Part shown: positions 51,702-62,123 of the stretch, one piece after another
How positions within the stretch are numbered: position 1 is the first letter of the stretch
Layout: the number at the start of each line of letters is the position of its first letter
Assembly: GCA_963816185.1 (NCBI GenBank)
Contig: CAWFJJ010000029.1
Location: 320,001-384,000, forward strand
Reading direction: 5' to 3'
Origin: Thermoanaerobaculia bacterium
GTDB taxonomy: Bacteria; Acidobacteriota; Thermoanaerobaculia; UBA5066
DNA length: 64,000 nucleotides
Notes under the pieces: generated by a model
Databases searched by the model: none
Told to the model about the DNA's origin: nothing
Seen by the model: the letters and a program-made list of their open reading frames with translations, nothing else
Position numbers and translations under genes: made by a program

Positions 51702-52995
51702 GCCGCGAGGATACCGGCTGCGCGGGGCGGCCCTGGCGTCCGGCCATCGCCGTCTCGTGCTGAGTCCGTCTTTCGGCCTTCTCCCTGGAGCGCTTGCGCT
51801 CGTCGGCCTTGCGGGCGCGAATCGCGGCGATGCGCTCGGCTATCGGAACTTCGAAGCGCTCGGTTGGTCGCGTCGCATAGTCGAACTCCGGCACGGTGAC
51901 GCGCGGCAGGCGCTTGCCGATCGCGCGCTCGATCTGCCTGAGGTCCGCTTCCTCGTCGGGCGCGACGAAGGTGAACGCGTCCCCTTTCAGCTCGGCGCGC
52001 GCCGTGCGGCCCACGCGGTGGATGTAGTCCTCGGGGACGTGCGGGACGTCGAAGTTCACGACGTGCGAGAGGGCCTCGACGTCGATTCCGCGCGCCGCAA
52101 TGTCCGTCGCGACGAGGACCCTGAACCTCCCGTCCTTGAACGACGCGAGCGCCTGTGTGCGCTGCGCCTGGCTCCGGTTGCCGTGAATCCTCTCGCAGGG
52201 GACGCCGTGGCGCGTGAGCTGGTCCGCGAGGCGGTTCGCCCGATGCTTCGTGCGCGTGAACGTGAGGACGCTCTTGAGGTCGCCCCTCTTGAGCAGCGAG
52301 AGGAGGAGCGCGAGCTTCAGGTCCTGCGGAACGGGGTAGACGGCCTGCGTGATGCCGACCGCGGGCAGCGCCTGCCGCTCGATGTTGACGGACACGGGGT
52401 TCTTCAGCATCTCCCTCGAGAGGAGCGCGATCGGCGGCGGCATCGTGGCCGAGAAGAAGAGCGTCTGGCGGTCCTGGGGAAGGTGCCTGAGGACGCGGCG
52501 GATGTCGGGCAGAAAGCCCATGTCGAGCATCCGGTCCGCCTCGTCGAGAACGAGGATTTCGAGACCCGCCAGCTTCGCGTAGCCGAAGCGGAAGTGGTCG
52601 AGGAGGCGGCCGGGCGTCGCGACGATGACGTCCACGCCGCTCCGGAACGCATGCTCCTGGGGTCCCATTCCGACGCCGCCGAACACCGCGGCGCCGGACA
52701 TCGACGTGTGGACGGCAAGCTGCTTGAGGTGCTCGTCGATCTGCGCCGCGAGCTCGCGCGTGGGCGTCAGGATCAGCGCCCGCGTCGTGCCGCGTGGCTT
52801 CGCCATGAGCCGGTGAAGGATCGGGAGAACGAACGCGGCCGTCTTGCCGCTGCCCGTCATCGCGCAGGCGAGGAGGTCGCGGCCCGCCATTGCGGGCGGG
52901 ATGGAGTCGACCTGGATGGGCGTCGGGCGCGTGAACGCCATCTCCTTGACGCCGCGCAGGAGATCGGGGTGGAGACCGAACGAGGAAAAGGCCAT
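51604..52995 (-). CDS. rhlE: DEAD-box RNA helicase (RhlE-like)
   Basis: PTPIQ, TGSGKT, PTRELA, DEAD, SAT, ARGID, HRVGRTAR. Confidence 0.92.
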   Translation of the reverse strand: MAFSSFGLHPDLLRGVKEMAFTRPTPIQVDSIPPAMAGRDLLACAMTGSGKTAAFVLPILHRLMAKPRGTTRALILTPTRELAAQIDEHLKQLAVHTSMSGAAVFGGVGMGPQEHAFRSGVDVIVATPGRLLDHFRFGYAKLAGLEILVLDEADRMLDMGFLPDIRRVLRHLPQDRQTLFFSATMPPPIALLSREMLKNPVSVNIERQALPAVGITQAVYPVPQDLKLALLLSLLKRGDLKSVLTFTRTKHRANRLADQLTRHGVPCERIHGNRSQAQRTQALASFKDGRFRVLVATDIAARGIDVEALSHVVNFDVPHVPEDYIHRVGRTARAELKGDAFTFVAPDEEADLRQIERAIGKRLPRVTVPEFDYATRPTERFEVPIAERIAAIRARKADERKRSREKAERRTQHETAMAGRQGRPAQPVSSRHGAPSRPQPHGRSGHGHVQGPARPGHPRPPQS

Positions 52996-53095
52996 ATGGG
53001 AGGGATTCGCTTTCCGTACCGGGGCGCGTCGAGCGCGCCGCGCCGGCCGGCGTCAGGGTCTCACGGATCGTGGATTTCGGCAAATCCCGGCCGGT

Positions 53096-54529
53096 TCAGC
53101 GCTCGACGAGTGCCTTCGTCTCGACGACGTCCACGAGCGGGCTCGACAGGAGCCGTCGCGCGTGTCCGAGGCGCGAGGCGAGCGCGCCCGACGCGCGCAA
53201 CCCGTGCGGTAGGACGAAGAGGGTGGGCGCTCGAGGGGCCGACAAAATCGCGTCCGCTTCGGCCGCGAGCGTCGCGTTCTGAATCTCCTCCTCGCGATAC
53301 CAGCCCGGATGCGCTGCGACCGCCGATGGAAAGAGAACGACGCGGCCGGGCACCCCCGCGCGCGCGAGCCGGTAGTCCAGCTCGGGCCCCCAGTAACCCG
53401 CGGCGAGGACCCGTTGCCCCGCTCGGGCGGGCGCCTCGAGAAGGCGGGCGACGAGAGCGCCCGGCGACGGCTCGACGGCGCGTGGAAGCCAGAGCGCGAG
53501 AAGAGCCGTGGCGAGAGTGCCGACGCCCGCGGAAATGAAGGGCGGCGCTTCCGCGAGGAGGAGCGTGGCGAACGGCAGGAAGACGAGAGCCGTGCGCTCC
53601 GGTAGGACGAGCGTCGACTCCGCGAACTCGGCGAGCGCGAGAAGCGCGAGCGAAAAACCGAGGACGCGAGCGACGGGGGAAAAGGCGCCGCGCCACGCGC
53701 GCGCGACGAGGGCCGCGAGGAGGAGAGCGCCGGCCGCTCCGAGAGCCGCCATGGCCGGCGCGCCGGCCGGAGCGCCGAAGACGAGATTCGCGGGAAAGTC
53801 CCGGAGTGCGCTCGCGAACCCGGCCTCAGTCGACCACCCCATGGACGCGTGAGGCTGCGCGAGGGCGATGGGGAGCCACGACGCGGCGAGCGCGGCGGCG
53901 GCAAGCCCGGAGAGGACGAGGGCATGGCGCGCGGCGGGCCGGGCGTCGAGGGCGAGAATCGCGAGGGCCGCGACGGGAAAAACCGCGAGGTAGTGAGTGA
54001 GAACGGCTCCGGACGCCGCAAGCGTCAGGCCCAGAGCGACGCTGAACCGCGGCTTTTCCCGAAGCGCAAGCGCCCGCTCGAAGGCGAGGAGGACAAGGAG
54101 CGACGCGAGCGCGTACGCACGCCCTTCGGCCGCGTACATGATCGAGAGCGGGAAGACGGAATAAAGAGCAGCGGCCGGGAGGCCCATCTCGGGTCGCCCG
54201 AGTCGCCGCGCCACGGCGAAAAAGAGAGGCAGATGGAGGAGGGACGCGGCGAGGGAGAGGAGGCGCACGAGCACGTCCATGGCACCCGGAGCCGGGAACG
54301 GCGCGAGAAGGACGTACGTGAAGAAATAGTGGAGCGGAGGCCCCGAATCGACGCGAAGGGCGGCGAGAATCTCGGGAGCGCTCTTCCGAGCGACCGTCAG
54401 CGTGAAGATCTCGTCGGCCCAGAGTGGCCGGACGACGAGCGAGAAGACGCGGGCGACCACGCCGACCGTGATCGCCGCCCACGCGAGCGTACGCGTGAGG
54501 GTCGGACGCGCGCGAACGCTCGCCTTCAT
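53096..54529 (-). CDS. GT-C fold membrane glycosyltransferase (family 39/ArnT/PMT-like)
   Basis: LWADE, PPLHY, RLLS, EGRAYAL, THY motifs with many TMs. Confidence 0.8.
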   Translation of the reverse strand: MKASVRARPTLTRTLAWAAITVGVVARVFSLVVRPLWADEIFTLTVARKSAPEILAALRVDSGPPLHYFFTYVLLAPFPAPGAMDVLVRLLSLAASLLHLPLFFAVARRLGRPEMGLPAAALYSVFPLSIMYAAEGRAYALASLLVLLAFERALALREKPRFSVALGLTLAASGAVLTHYLAVFPVAALAILALDARPAARHALVLSGLAAAALAASWLPIALAQPHASMGWSTEAGFASALRDFPANLVFGAPAGAPAMAALGAAGALLLAALVARAWRGAFSPVARVLGFSLALLALAEFAESTLVLPERTALVFLPFATLLLAEAPPFISAGVGTLATALLALWLPRAVEPSPGALVARLLEAPARAGQRVLAAGYWGPELDYRLARAGVPGRVVLFPSAVAAHPGWYREEEIQNATLAAEADAILSAPRAPTLFVLPHGLRASGALASRLGHARRLLSSPLVDVVETKALVER

Positions 54530-54626
54530 GGGGCTCTCCTCGTCCGGAACGTAAGGTGAAAAGACTAACACCCGATGTCGGAGCCGGCCCCGACCCGTGT
54601 ATAAGGTCCCACTCAGGTCTGCGAAA

Positions 54627-56021
54627 ATGGACGTACCGATTCAGGATCGTCTGGCTCAGCACCGGCTGCTCGTCGACGCGCCTCCCGACCAGCTCGCCTG
54701 GCTCGCCGCCCGCGGCCAGCTCGTTCTTTTGGACCCGGGCCACGAGCTCGCACCGAAGGGCACCACCGTGCCCGGCCTGTACATCGTCCTTTCCGGCCAC
54801 ATGTCGATCCACCTCGACCGGGGCGCCGGACCGCAGAAGCTCATGGAGTGGCGAAGCGGCGACGTGACGGGTTTCCTGCCGTACTCGCGCCTCGACAAGT
54901 CGCCGGGCGGCGTGAAGGCCGAGGAGCCGACCGAGCTCTGGATGATCCCGCGCGAGGAGATCCCCGCGCTGATTCGCGAGTGCTACGAGCTCACGTCGAT
55001 CTTCGTGCACGTGATGGTCGACCGGGCCCGCCAGTTCACGTCGAGCGACCTTCAGATTGAAAAGATGTCCTCCCTCGGAAAGCTCGCGGCGGGGCTCGCG
55101 CACGAGCTGAACAACCCCGCGTCGGCGGTCGCGCGGAGCGCCCAGGGGCTCAGGGCGCGATTGTCCGAGGTGGAACGGGCGTCCCGTGCGCTCGGCGCGG
55201 CACGCTTGTCCGAGGCTCAGCAGGCCGCCGTCGACAAGTCACGGAATCTCTGCCTCGCGGCGGCCGGTGCGACGGTCGGACGCTCGCCCATCGAGCGCGC
55301 GGACCGCGAAGACGTCATCGCGGCCTGGCTCGAGCGCCACGGGGCCGACGATGCCGCCGCGGAAGCGCTGGCGGAGTCCGCGATCACGCTCGACGCTCTC
55401 GATCGGCTCGCAGAAGAGCTTCAGGGCGAGGCGCTGAAGGTGGCCGTCGCGTGGCTCGTGGCCGGCTGCACAACGCAACAACTGGCCTCGGAGATCGAGA
55501 CGGCCGCATCCCGGATCCACAACCTCGTCGCGGCGGTGAAGGGCTTCACATACATGGACCAGGCGACGATGCCCAAGCCGGTGGACGTCGGCCGAGGGCT
55601 GGCCGACACGCTCGCGGTGCTCGCCGGAAAGGCCCGCGGAAAGTCGGTGAGCGTGAACCTCGACGTCGAGGCCGATCTTCCGCTCGTCCCGGGGTTCGGC
55701 GGCGAGCTCAACCAGGTATGGGCGAATCTGGTCGACAACGCGCTGGACGCGGCGAAGCGCCACGTCAACGTTGCCGCGGCCCGTCAGGGCCCTTCCGTCG
55801 TCGTGAGCTTCGTCGACGATGGACCAGGATTGCCTCCGGAAATTCGCGAGCGCATCTTCGATCCCTTCTTCACGACGAAACCCGTCGGCCAGGGCACCGG
55901 TCTCGGCCTCGACATTGCGCGGCGTCTCGTGCTCCGGCACCACGGAGAGATCGAGGTCGATTCCCGCCCCGGGCACACGCAGTTCACCGTGACGCTGCCG
56001 ATCGACGGAGGAAAAGGCTGA
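54627..56021 (+). CDS. cNMP-binding-domain sensor histidine kinase
   Basis: Crp-like N-terminal domain; AGLAHELNNP, NLVDNA, DDGPG, FFTTKPVGQGTGLGL. Confidence 0.9.
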   Translation: MDVPIQDRLAQHRLLVDAPPDQLAWLAARGQLVLLDPGHELAPKGTTVPGLYIVLSGHMSIHLDRGAGPQKLMEWRSGDVTGFLPYSRLDKSPGGVKAEEPTELWMIPREEIPALIRECYELTSIFVHVMVDRARQFTSSDLQIEKMSSLGKLAAGLAHELNNPASAVARSAQGLRARLSEVERASRALGAARLSEAQQAAVDKSRNLCLAAAGATVGRSPIERADREDVIAAWLERHGADDAAAEALAESAITLDALDRLAEELQGEALKVAVAWLVAGCTTQQLASEIETAASRIHNLVAAVKGFTYMDQATMPKPVDVGRGLADTLAVLAGKARGKSVSVNLDVEADLPLVPGFGGELNQVWANLVDNALDAAKRHVNVAAARQGPSVVVSFVDDGPGLPPEIRERIFDPFFTTKPVGQGTGLGLDIARRLVLRHHGEIEVDSRPGHTQFTVTLPIDGGKG

Positions 56022-56023
56022 CG

Positions 56024-57679
56024 ATGGCCAAGCCGGTGATCCTGACCGTCGACGACGACCCCGAGGTGCTCCGCGCAGTCGAGCGCGACCTTCGCAGCCA
56101 TTACCGGAGCGACTACCGCATCCTCAAGGCCGGCTCGGGCCGCGAGGCGCTGGAAGCTTCCCGGCAGCTCAAGGAGCGGGGCACTCCCATCGCCCTCTTC
56201 CTCGTGGACCAACGAATGCCCGAGATGACCGGCACCGAGCTGCTCCGCGAAGTGCTCAAGCTCTACCCGGACTCGCGAAGGGTCCTGCTCACCGCCTATG
56301 CCGACACTCAGGCCGCAATCGCGGGAATCAACGACGTCGGGCTGAACCACTACCTGCTGAAGCCCTGGGATCCTCCGGATCAGCGGCTCTACCCGGTCCT
56401 CGACGACCTGTTGTCCGACTGGACGGCGCACGTGCGCCTTCCCTACGAAGGCATCCGGGTCGCCGGCGCGCGGTCGTCGCCCCGGAGCTACGCCGTGAAG
56501 GAATTCCTGTCCAGCAATCAGGTTCCCTACCAGTGGGTCGACGTCGACGAGGACCCGCCGACGCGGGAGCTGATCCGCTCTTTCGGCGACTCGTCGAAGC
56601 TGCCGGTTCTCCTCTTCCCGGACGGCAGCCATCTCGTCGCGCCGACCAACCGCGAGCTGGCCGAGAAGATCGGCATGCAGACGCGGGCACGCCTGCCCTT
56701 CTACGACCTCGTGATCGTCGGCGGAGGCCCCGCGGGGCTGGCCGCCGCCGTCTACGGCGCCTCGGAGGGGCTGCGCACTCTCCTCGTCGAGCACAATGCG
56801 CCCGGCGGCCAGGCCGGCACCAGCTCCCAGATCGAGAACTACCTCGGGTTCCCGTCCGGCGTCAGCGGAGCCGACCTCGCGCGCCGCGCCCTCACGCAGG
56901 CGCGCCGCTTCGGCGCCGAGGTGCTTGCGCAGGAGGTCTTGGCTCTTCGCCGCGAGGATCCGTATCGCATCGTGCGGCTCGCGGACGGGACGGACGTTTC
57001 GTGCTACGCGGTCGTCCTCGCCACGGGAGTGTCCGTTCGGACGCTGGAGGCTCCCGGAATCGAAGCCCTCCTCGGCATCGGCGTCTATTACGGCGCCGCG
57101 ATGACCGAGGCCGCGACCTACCGCGAAAAGGACGTGTGCGTCCTCGGGGCCGGGAACTCGGCGGCACAGGGCGCCCTCTTCTTCTCGCGCTTCATGCGGC
57201 ACGTCGCCCTGCTCGTCCGAGGGAAGTCCCTCGGCCAATCGATGTCGAAGTACCTCGTCGATCGGATCGAGGCCACGCCGAACATCGAAGTCGTGACACG
57301 GGTCGAGGTCGCCAGGGTCGGCAGCACGGACCGGCTCGAGAAAGTTGTCGTCCGCGGCGTGGACGACGCACAGGAGCGAGAGCTTCCCGCCTCTGCGCCC
57401 TTCATCTTCATCGGCGCGAAGCCCCGGACCGAAATATTCTCCGGCTTCCTGGAGCTCGACGAGAAAGGGTATGTCCTGACCGGCCCGGACCTGCCCCACA
57501 CGGACCGAATCCCTCGCGGCTGGACGCTCGAACGGGACCCGTACCTGTTCGAGACGAGCGTCCCCGGCATTTTCGCGGCCGGCGACGTGCGCGCGAGCTC
57601 CGGCAAGCGCGTCGCGGCGGCAGTCGGCGAGGGCTCCGGGACCGTCAGCATGGTTCACCGCTACCTCGAGACCGTCTGA
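56024..57679 (+). CDS. Receiver-modulated thioredoxin-reductase-like FAD oxidoreductase (REC-Grx-like-TrxB)
   Basis: REC (VDDD, VDQRMP, LLKPW), GGGPAG, IENYLGFP, GAGNSA, TSVPGIFAAGD. Confidence 0.9.
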   Translation: MAKPVILTVDDDPEVLRAVERDLRSHYRSDYRILKAGSGREALEASRQLKERGTPIALFLVDQRMPEMTGTELLREVLKLYPDSRRVLLTAYADTQAAIAGINDVGLNHYLLKPWDPPDQRLYPVLDDLLSDWTAHVRLPYEGIRVAGARSSPRSYAVKEFLSSNQVPYQWVDVDEDPPTRELIRSFGDSSKLPVLLFPDGSHLVAPTNRELAEKIGMQTRARLPFYDLVIVGGGPAGLAAAVYGASEGLRTLLVEHNAPGGQAGTSSQIENYLGFPSGVSGADLARRALTQARRFGAEVLAQEVLALRREDPYRIVRLADGTDVSCYAVVLATGVSVRTLEAPGIEALLGIGVYYGAAMTEAATYREKDVCVLGAGNSAAQGALFFSRFMRHVALLVRGKSLGQSMSKYLVDRIEATPNIEVVTRVEVARVGSTDRLEKVVVRGVDDAQERELPASAPFIFIGAKPRTEIFSGFLELDEKGYVLTGPDLPHTDRIPRGWTLERDPYLFETSVPGIFAAGDVRASSGKRVAAAVGEGSGTVSMVHRYLETV

Positions 57680-57720
57680 CTCCCGGGAGACGCCACCGCG
57701 GAGGACATTCTCCCCGAGCT

Positions 57721-59877
57721 CTATACGGAGCGGCTGCGCGCCGCCTCGAGGAGCGCGGCGAAGCGCGGGTCACCGCGCAGGGAGTCGAGGTCGGGGTCGT
57801 TCGCAACCCAGTCCGCCGGCAGGAATCCCTGACCGACGGGGGCTTCCAGGCACGCGAACGCCTCGTCGCGCCGCCCCAGCGCGGCGTACACGCAGGCCGC
57901 GTTGTACGCGATGATGGGCTCGTCGCGATCCACCGCGAGGGCGCGCGCAACCCATTCGGCGGCGCGCTCGGGCTCGCCGAGCTCGGCGAGGACGGACGCG
58001 CCCATCGTCCACGCGCGGGTGTCGTCCGGGTGTGAGCGCAGTCGCTTCTTCGTGGCCTCGATGCACTCGAGGTCGGCGCTGCGCGCCTTGACCATCTCGC
58101 CCATCCGCCGGTAGCACATGCCGAGGAGGTACCACGCGTCGTACGCCTCCGGCACGAGAGCACAGGCCTCGCGGAAGTGCTCGGCGGCCTCGGGCGTGCG
58201 CCCCTGCGAGAAGCACACGCGCCCGAAAATGTAATGCGGGTCGTAGAGGCGCGGGTCGATCGCGATCGCTTTCTGGAGGAATCCCTCCGCCTCGGTGAAC
58301 TTCTGGCGGAGAAAGAGCGCGAGGCCGCGCGCGGCGTGCGCGTCGGAGAGACCGGAGTCCAGCTCCAGGGCCTTCGCGCTCGCCGCGTCGGCGGCCGCGA
58401 CGGCTTCCTTGCCCTTGCCGAAGTAGAGGGCAAGGAACGCGTGGCATTCGGCGAGGCCCGCGTACGCACGCGCGTAGCCGGGGTCCAGCTCGATCGCGCG
58501 CACGAACGTCTGAATCGCGATCTCGCACGCTTTGCGCCGGTGCTGGTGGAAGAACTGCCGGCCCTGCAGGAAGAGCTCGTACGCCTCGGCGGCCGTGGAC
58601 GATCGCTCGGCCGGGCTACCGCGCTGCTCCGCAAGAGTGACCTTGAGCGCCTGCGCGATCTTCTCCGCGATCTCGTCCTCGATGGCGAAGATATCCTTCA
58701 TGTCGCGGTCATACCGCTCGTACCAGAGGCGGTAGCCGTCATCCACGCTCACGAGCTGGGCCGAGATTCGTACGCGGTCGCCGGAGCGGCGAACGCTCCC
58801 CTCGAGCACCGTGCCGACGTTCAGGCGGGCGCCGATCTCGCGCACGTCGGCCGCCTGGTTCTTGTATTGAAACGCCGAGGTGCGCGAGGCGACGTAGAGC
58901 TCGGGAATGCGGGCGAGCTCGCGCAGAATCTCCTCGGCGATGCCGTCGCAGAGGTACTGCTGGTCCCCCCGCGGGCTCATGTCCGCGAACGGGAGAACTG
59001 CAATGGACGTCACGGCCGCAGCCGCGGGCCGGCGCAGCGTGATCGCGCCGGAGTCGAGGGCGGATCGCAGGTCGAGGAGATCGCGCGCCATGTCCTCCAT
59101 GCGCTCGTAGCGCACGCGCCGGTCCTTCGCGAGCGCCTTTGCGACGATCTCGTCCGCGCGGTTGGGGATGCCGGGCCGCACGCCCGACGCGCGGGGCGGC
59201 GGCGCGCTCAGGATGGACGCCACGACGGCCGCGACGGTGTCGCCGCGGAAGGGCGGCTCGCCCGTGAGCATTTCGTACAGAACAGCGCCCAGGGACCAGA
59301 TGTCCGTCCTCTGGTCCAGGGGCTCGTCACGCAATTGCTCGGGCGACATGTAGGCCGGCGTGCCGACGACCGAACCCTGATCCGTCGTGCGCGGGTCGCC
59401 GAGGACCCGGGCGATACCGAAGTCGAGGATCTTCACCGTGTCGCCGCGGGTGAGCATGAGGTTCGCGGGCTTCACGTCGCGGTGGACGATGAGCTCCTCG
59501 TGTGCGGCCGCAAGGCCGCGCGCCGCCTGCGCTGCGATGCCCAGCGCCCGCTCGGGTGCGAGCGGCCCCCGGGCGATGACGCGGTCGAGCGTCTCGCCCT
59601 CGTAGAGCGCCATCGCGATGAAGAGGTCTTCGCCGGCCTCGTCCACTTCGAAGATCGTGCAGATGTTCGGGTGATCGAGGGACGAAGCGGCCTGCGCTTC
59701 CCGAAGGATGCGCCGCCTCAGCGCCGCGTCGGCCATCGGCCGCAGGAACTTCAGTGCGACGCGCCGCCCAAGGCGCAGATCGGTCGCTCGATAGACCTCG
59801 CCCATGCTGCCGGAGCCCAGGCGCTCCGCGACCTCGTAGTGCGACACGTTGCGTCCAGTCTGGACGGCGACGCTCAT
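57721..59877 (-). CDS. Ser/Thr protein kinase with TolB_N-like and TPR domains
   Basis: LGSGSMGEVY, VALK, HRDVKPAN, DFG, GTPAYMSPEQ, SIAVLPF, TPRs, YNAAC. Confidence 0.93.
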   Translation of the reverse strand: MSVAVQTGRNVSHYEVAERLGSGSMGEVYRATDLRLGRRVALKFLRPMADAALRRRILREAQAASSLDHPNICTIFEVDEAGEDLFIAMALYEGETLDRVIARGPLAPERALGIAAQAARGLAAAHEELIVHRDVKPANLMLTRGDTVKILDFGIARVLGDPRTTDQGSVVGTPAYMSPEQLRDEPLDQRTDIWSLGAVLYEMLTGEPPFRGDTVAAVVASILSAPPPRASGVRPGIPNRADEIVAKALAKDRRVRYERMEDMARDLLDLRSALDSGAITLRRPAAAAVTSIAVLPFADMSPRGDQQYLCDGIAEEILRELARIPELYVASRTSAFQYKNQAADVREIGARLNVGTVLEGSVRRSGDRVRISAQLVSVDDGYRLWYERYDRDMKDIFAIEDEIAEKIAQALKVTLAEQRGSPAERSSTAAEAYELFLQGRQFFHQHRRKACEIAIQTFVRAIELDPGYARAYAGLAECHAFLALYFGKGKEAVAAADAASAKALELDSGLSDAHAARGLALFLRQKFTEAEGFLQKAIAIDPRLYDPHYIFGRVCFSQGRTPEAAEHFREACALVPEAYDAWYLLGMCYRRMGEMVKARSADLECIEATKKRLRSHPDDTRAWTMGASVLAELGEPERAAEWVARALAVDRDEPIIAYNAACVYAALGRRDEAFACLEAPVGQGFLPADWVANDPDLDSLRGDPRFAALLEAARSRSV

Positions 59878-60123
59878 GCGCAACCTCCTCCGTCCGGGCA
59901 AGGGCCACCCGCGCGCTGTCCGGCGCCTCCCACAACATATGCCCCGCCTCGATGGACGTCCACGGTGCGGGCGCCACATCGGACAGCGTTAGGATGGGCC
60001 GATGTCCCTGAAGGCGGCGGCCCCCCCTCGCGGACGTCCGCCGGATCGCACGCCCCGGTTCGGCCTTCCTTCTTTGCGCTCGGTCCGGCTACGTCTGACA
60101 AGATCCTGTGCAGCGGAGGATTG

Positions 60124-62121
60124 ATGGACGGTCCCGAATCGAAGTCGCTGCCCGAGAACGCCTACCAGACGCTCCCGCCCGGAGAGGTCTACCGATCCGT
60201 GGTGTCGCCTGAGGAGACGCCGCCGGAGGTCACGCGCCGCTCGCTCGTCTGGGGGCTTCTCTTCTGCGTCATCTTCACCGTGGCGTCCGCGTACTCAGGG
60301 CTGAAGGTCGGGCAGGTCATGGAGGCGGCGATCCCGATCTCGATCCTCGCGATCGGCCTCGCCCGCGTCTACGAGCGGCGGTCACACCTTCTGGAGAACG
60401 TGATCATCACAGGAATCGGCGGCGTTGCGGGCGGCGTCGTCGCGGGCGCCGTCTTCACGCTTCCGGCGCTCTACTCGCTGAACCTCCACCCTCATCCGGT
60501 CCAGACGATCGCGATCTGCCTTGCCGGCGCGTGCCTCGGCGTCCTCTTCATCATCCCGCTGCGCCGGTACTTCGTGAAAGAGATGCACGGGAGGTTCCCG
60601 TTCCCGGAGGCGACGGCGATCACGGAGGTGCTCGTCACCGGGGAGAAGGGAGGAGCGCAGGCGAAGCTGCTCATCCAGGCGACGGTCATCTCGGGGATCT
60701 ACGACTTCTTCGTGACGACGTTCAACGTCTGGAAGGAGTACCTCGACTTCCAGTTCCTCCCGGTGATGAAGGCCGCCGCCGAGAAGGCGAAGGTGATCGT
60801 GAAGTTCGACGCGATCGCCTTCATCCTCGGCCTCGGCTACGTCATCGGGATCCGGTCCTCGATGATCCTCTGTGCCGGCGGCTTCCTCTCGAACTTCGTC
60901 CTCGTGCCTCTCATCTGGATGGTGGGCCGGCACCTGCCGGACGCGGTCTACCCCGGCACGATCCCGATCACGCAGATGACGGCCGAGCAGATCTACCGAA
61001 GCTACGTGCGGTACGTCGGCGTCGGGGCGATCGCGACGGCGGGCATCTTCGGCATCCTGAAGTCGCTGAAGATCGTGGCCGGGTCGTTCGGCATCGCGGC
61101 GAAGGCGTTCCGTGGCGGCGCAGGCGCCTCGCAGGAAAGGACCGACCGGGACGTGCCTGTCATGGCGATCCTGCTCGGAACGATCCTGAGCGCGATCGGC
61201 GTCGCGGCCTTCTACGGCACGCTCCGGGCCTCGTGGACGGTCGTCGCGATCGCCCTCGTCCTGACGCTCGTCTTCTCGTTCTTCTTCGCCTCAGTGGCCG
61301 CGAACGCGATCGCGACGACGGCGCGCAACCCGGTCTCGGGGATGACGATGCTCACGATCATCATCTCGTCGGTCATCCTGCTCCGGTTCGGAATCTCCGG
61401 CACGACCGGGATGTTCTTCGTGATGGCGCTCGCGGGCATGGTCTGCACGGCGCTCTCGATCTCCGGCCAGATGATCACGGACCTGAAGACCGGCTACTGG
61501 CTCGGCTCGACGCCCGCGGCCCAGGAAAAGGTGAAGTTCTACGGCGCGATCGCGGCGTCCATCGCGGTGGGCCTGACGATCGTGATGCTCGCGCAGAACT
61601 TCCAGTTCGGGGACGTGGCGCTGGGTGACACGCGCCCCGTCCTCCCCGCACCGCAGGCGTCGATCATGAAGGCGCTCGTCGAGGGTTTCATGAACCGGCA
61701 GCCGATCGCGTACTTCCTCTTCGGGACCGGCGCCGCGATCGCGATCATCATGGAGATGCTGCGGGTGCCCGCGCTGATCTTCGCGCTGGGGATGTACCTC
61801 CCGCTCGAGCTGAACACGCCGGCGCTCGTGGGCGGCATCATTTCGTATTACGTCACGAGGAAGTCGGAGAAGGTGGGTGGTGACGCGGGGCGGACGATGC
61901 GCGAGCGCGCCGTGGTCATCGCGTCGGGTCTCATGGCCGGCGGCGCCCTCGGCGGCGTCTTCGGCGCCGCGCTGCGGCTTTTCTCGTGGTATCGCGAGGA
62001 CCTGATCCAAACCCCGTTCTTCGGGAACGAGGCCGCCTCGCAGGGCGTCTCGATGTTGTTCTTCGCTGGCCTCTGTCTCTATCTCTGGATCGATTCGACC
62101 CGCAGGGTCGGGGAGAAGTAA
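60124..62121 (+). CDS. OPT-family oligopeptide transporter
   Basis: AYSGLKVG, FPEATA, NPVSGMT, DLKTGYWLG, APQA, GMYLP, SGLMAG; many TMs. Confidence 0.92.
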   Translation: MDGPESKSLPENAYQTLPPGEVYRSVVSPEETPPEVTRRSLVWGLLFCVIFTVASAYSGLKVGQVMEAAIPISILAIGLARVYERRSHLLENVIITGIGGVAGGVVAGAVFTLPALYSLNLHPHPVQTIAICLAGACLGVLFIIPLRRYFVKEMHGRFPFPEATAITEVLVTGEKGGAQAKLLIQATVISGIYDFFVTTFNVWKEYLDFQFLPVMKAAAEKAKVIVKFDAIAFILGLGYVIGIRSSMILCAGGFLSNFVLVPLIWMVGRHLPDAVYPGTIPITQMTAEQIYRSYVRYVGVGAIATAGIFGILKSLKIVAGSFGIAAKAFRGGAGASQERTDRDVPVMAILLGTILSAIGVAAFYGTLRASWTVVAIALVLTLVFSFFFASVAANAIATTARNPVSGMTMLTIIISSVILLRFGISGTTGMFFVMALAGMVCTALSISGQMITDLKTGYWLGSTPAAQEKVKFYGAIAASIAVGLTIVMLAQNFQFGDVALGDTRPVLPAPQASIMKALVEGFMNRQPIAYFLFGTGAAIAIIMEMLRVPALIFALGMYLPLELNTPALVGGIISYYVTRKSEKVGGDAGRTMRERAVVIASGLMAGGALGGVFGAALRLFSWYREDLIQTPFFGNEAASQGVSMLFFAGLCLYLWIDSTRRVGEK

Positions 62122-62123
62122 TC

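Noticed and set aside
59914-59988. Long imperfect hairpin (CGCTGTCCG...CGGACAGCG) upstream of the kinase
   Set aside because: No recognisable riboswitch or ncRNA motif, and such stems arise by chance at this GC content. An Rfam/Infernal search would be needed.
58177-60123. N-terminal half of the 1314-aa ORF, and other long antisense or alternate-frame ORFs (e.g. 5468-7210, 26113-28782, 37354-39525)
   Set aside because: Shadow frames of real high-GC genes, with no motifs.
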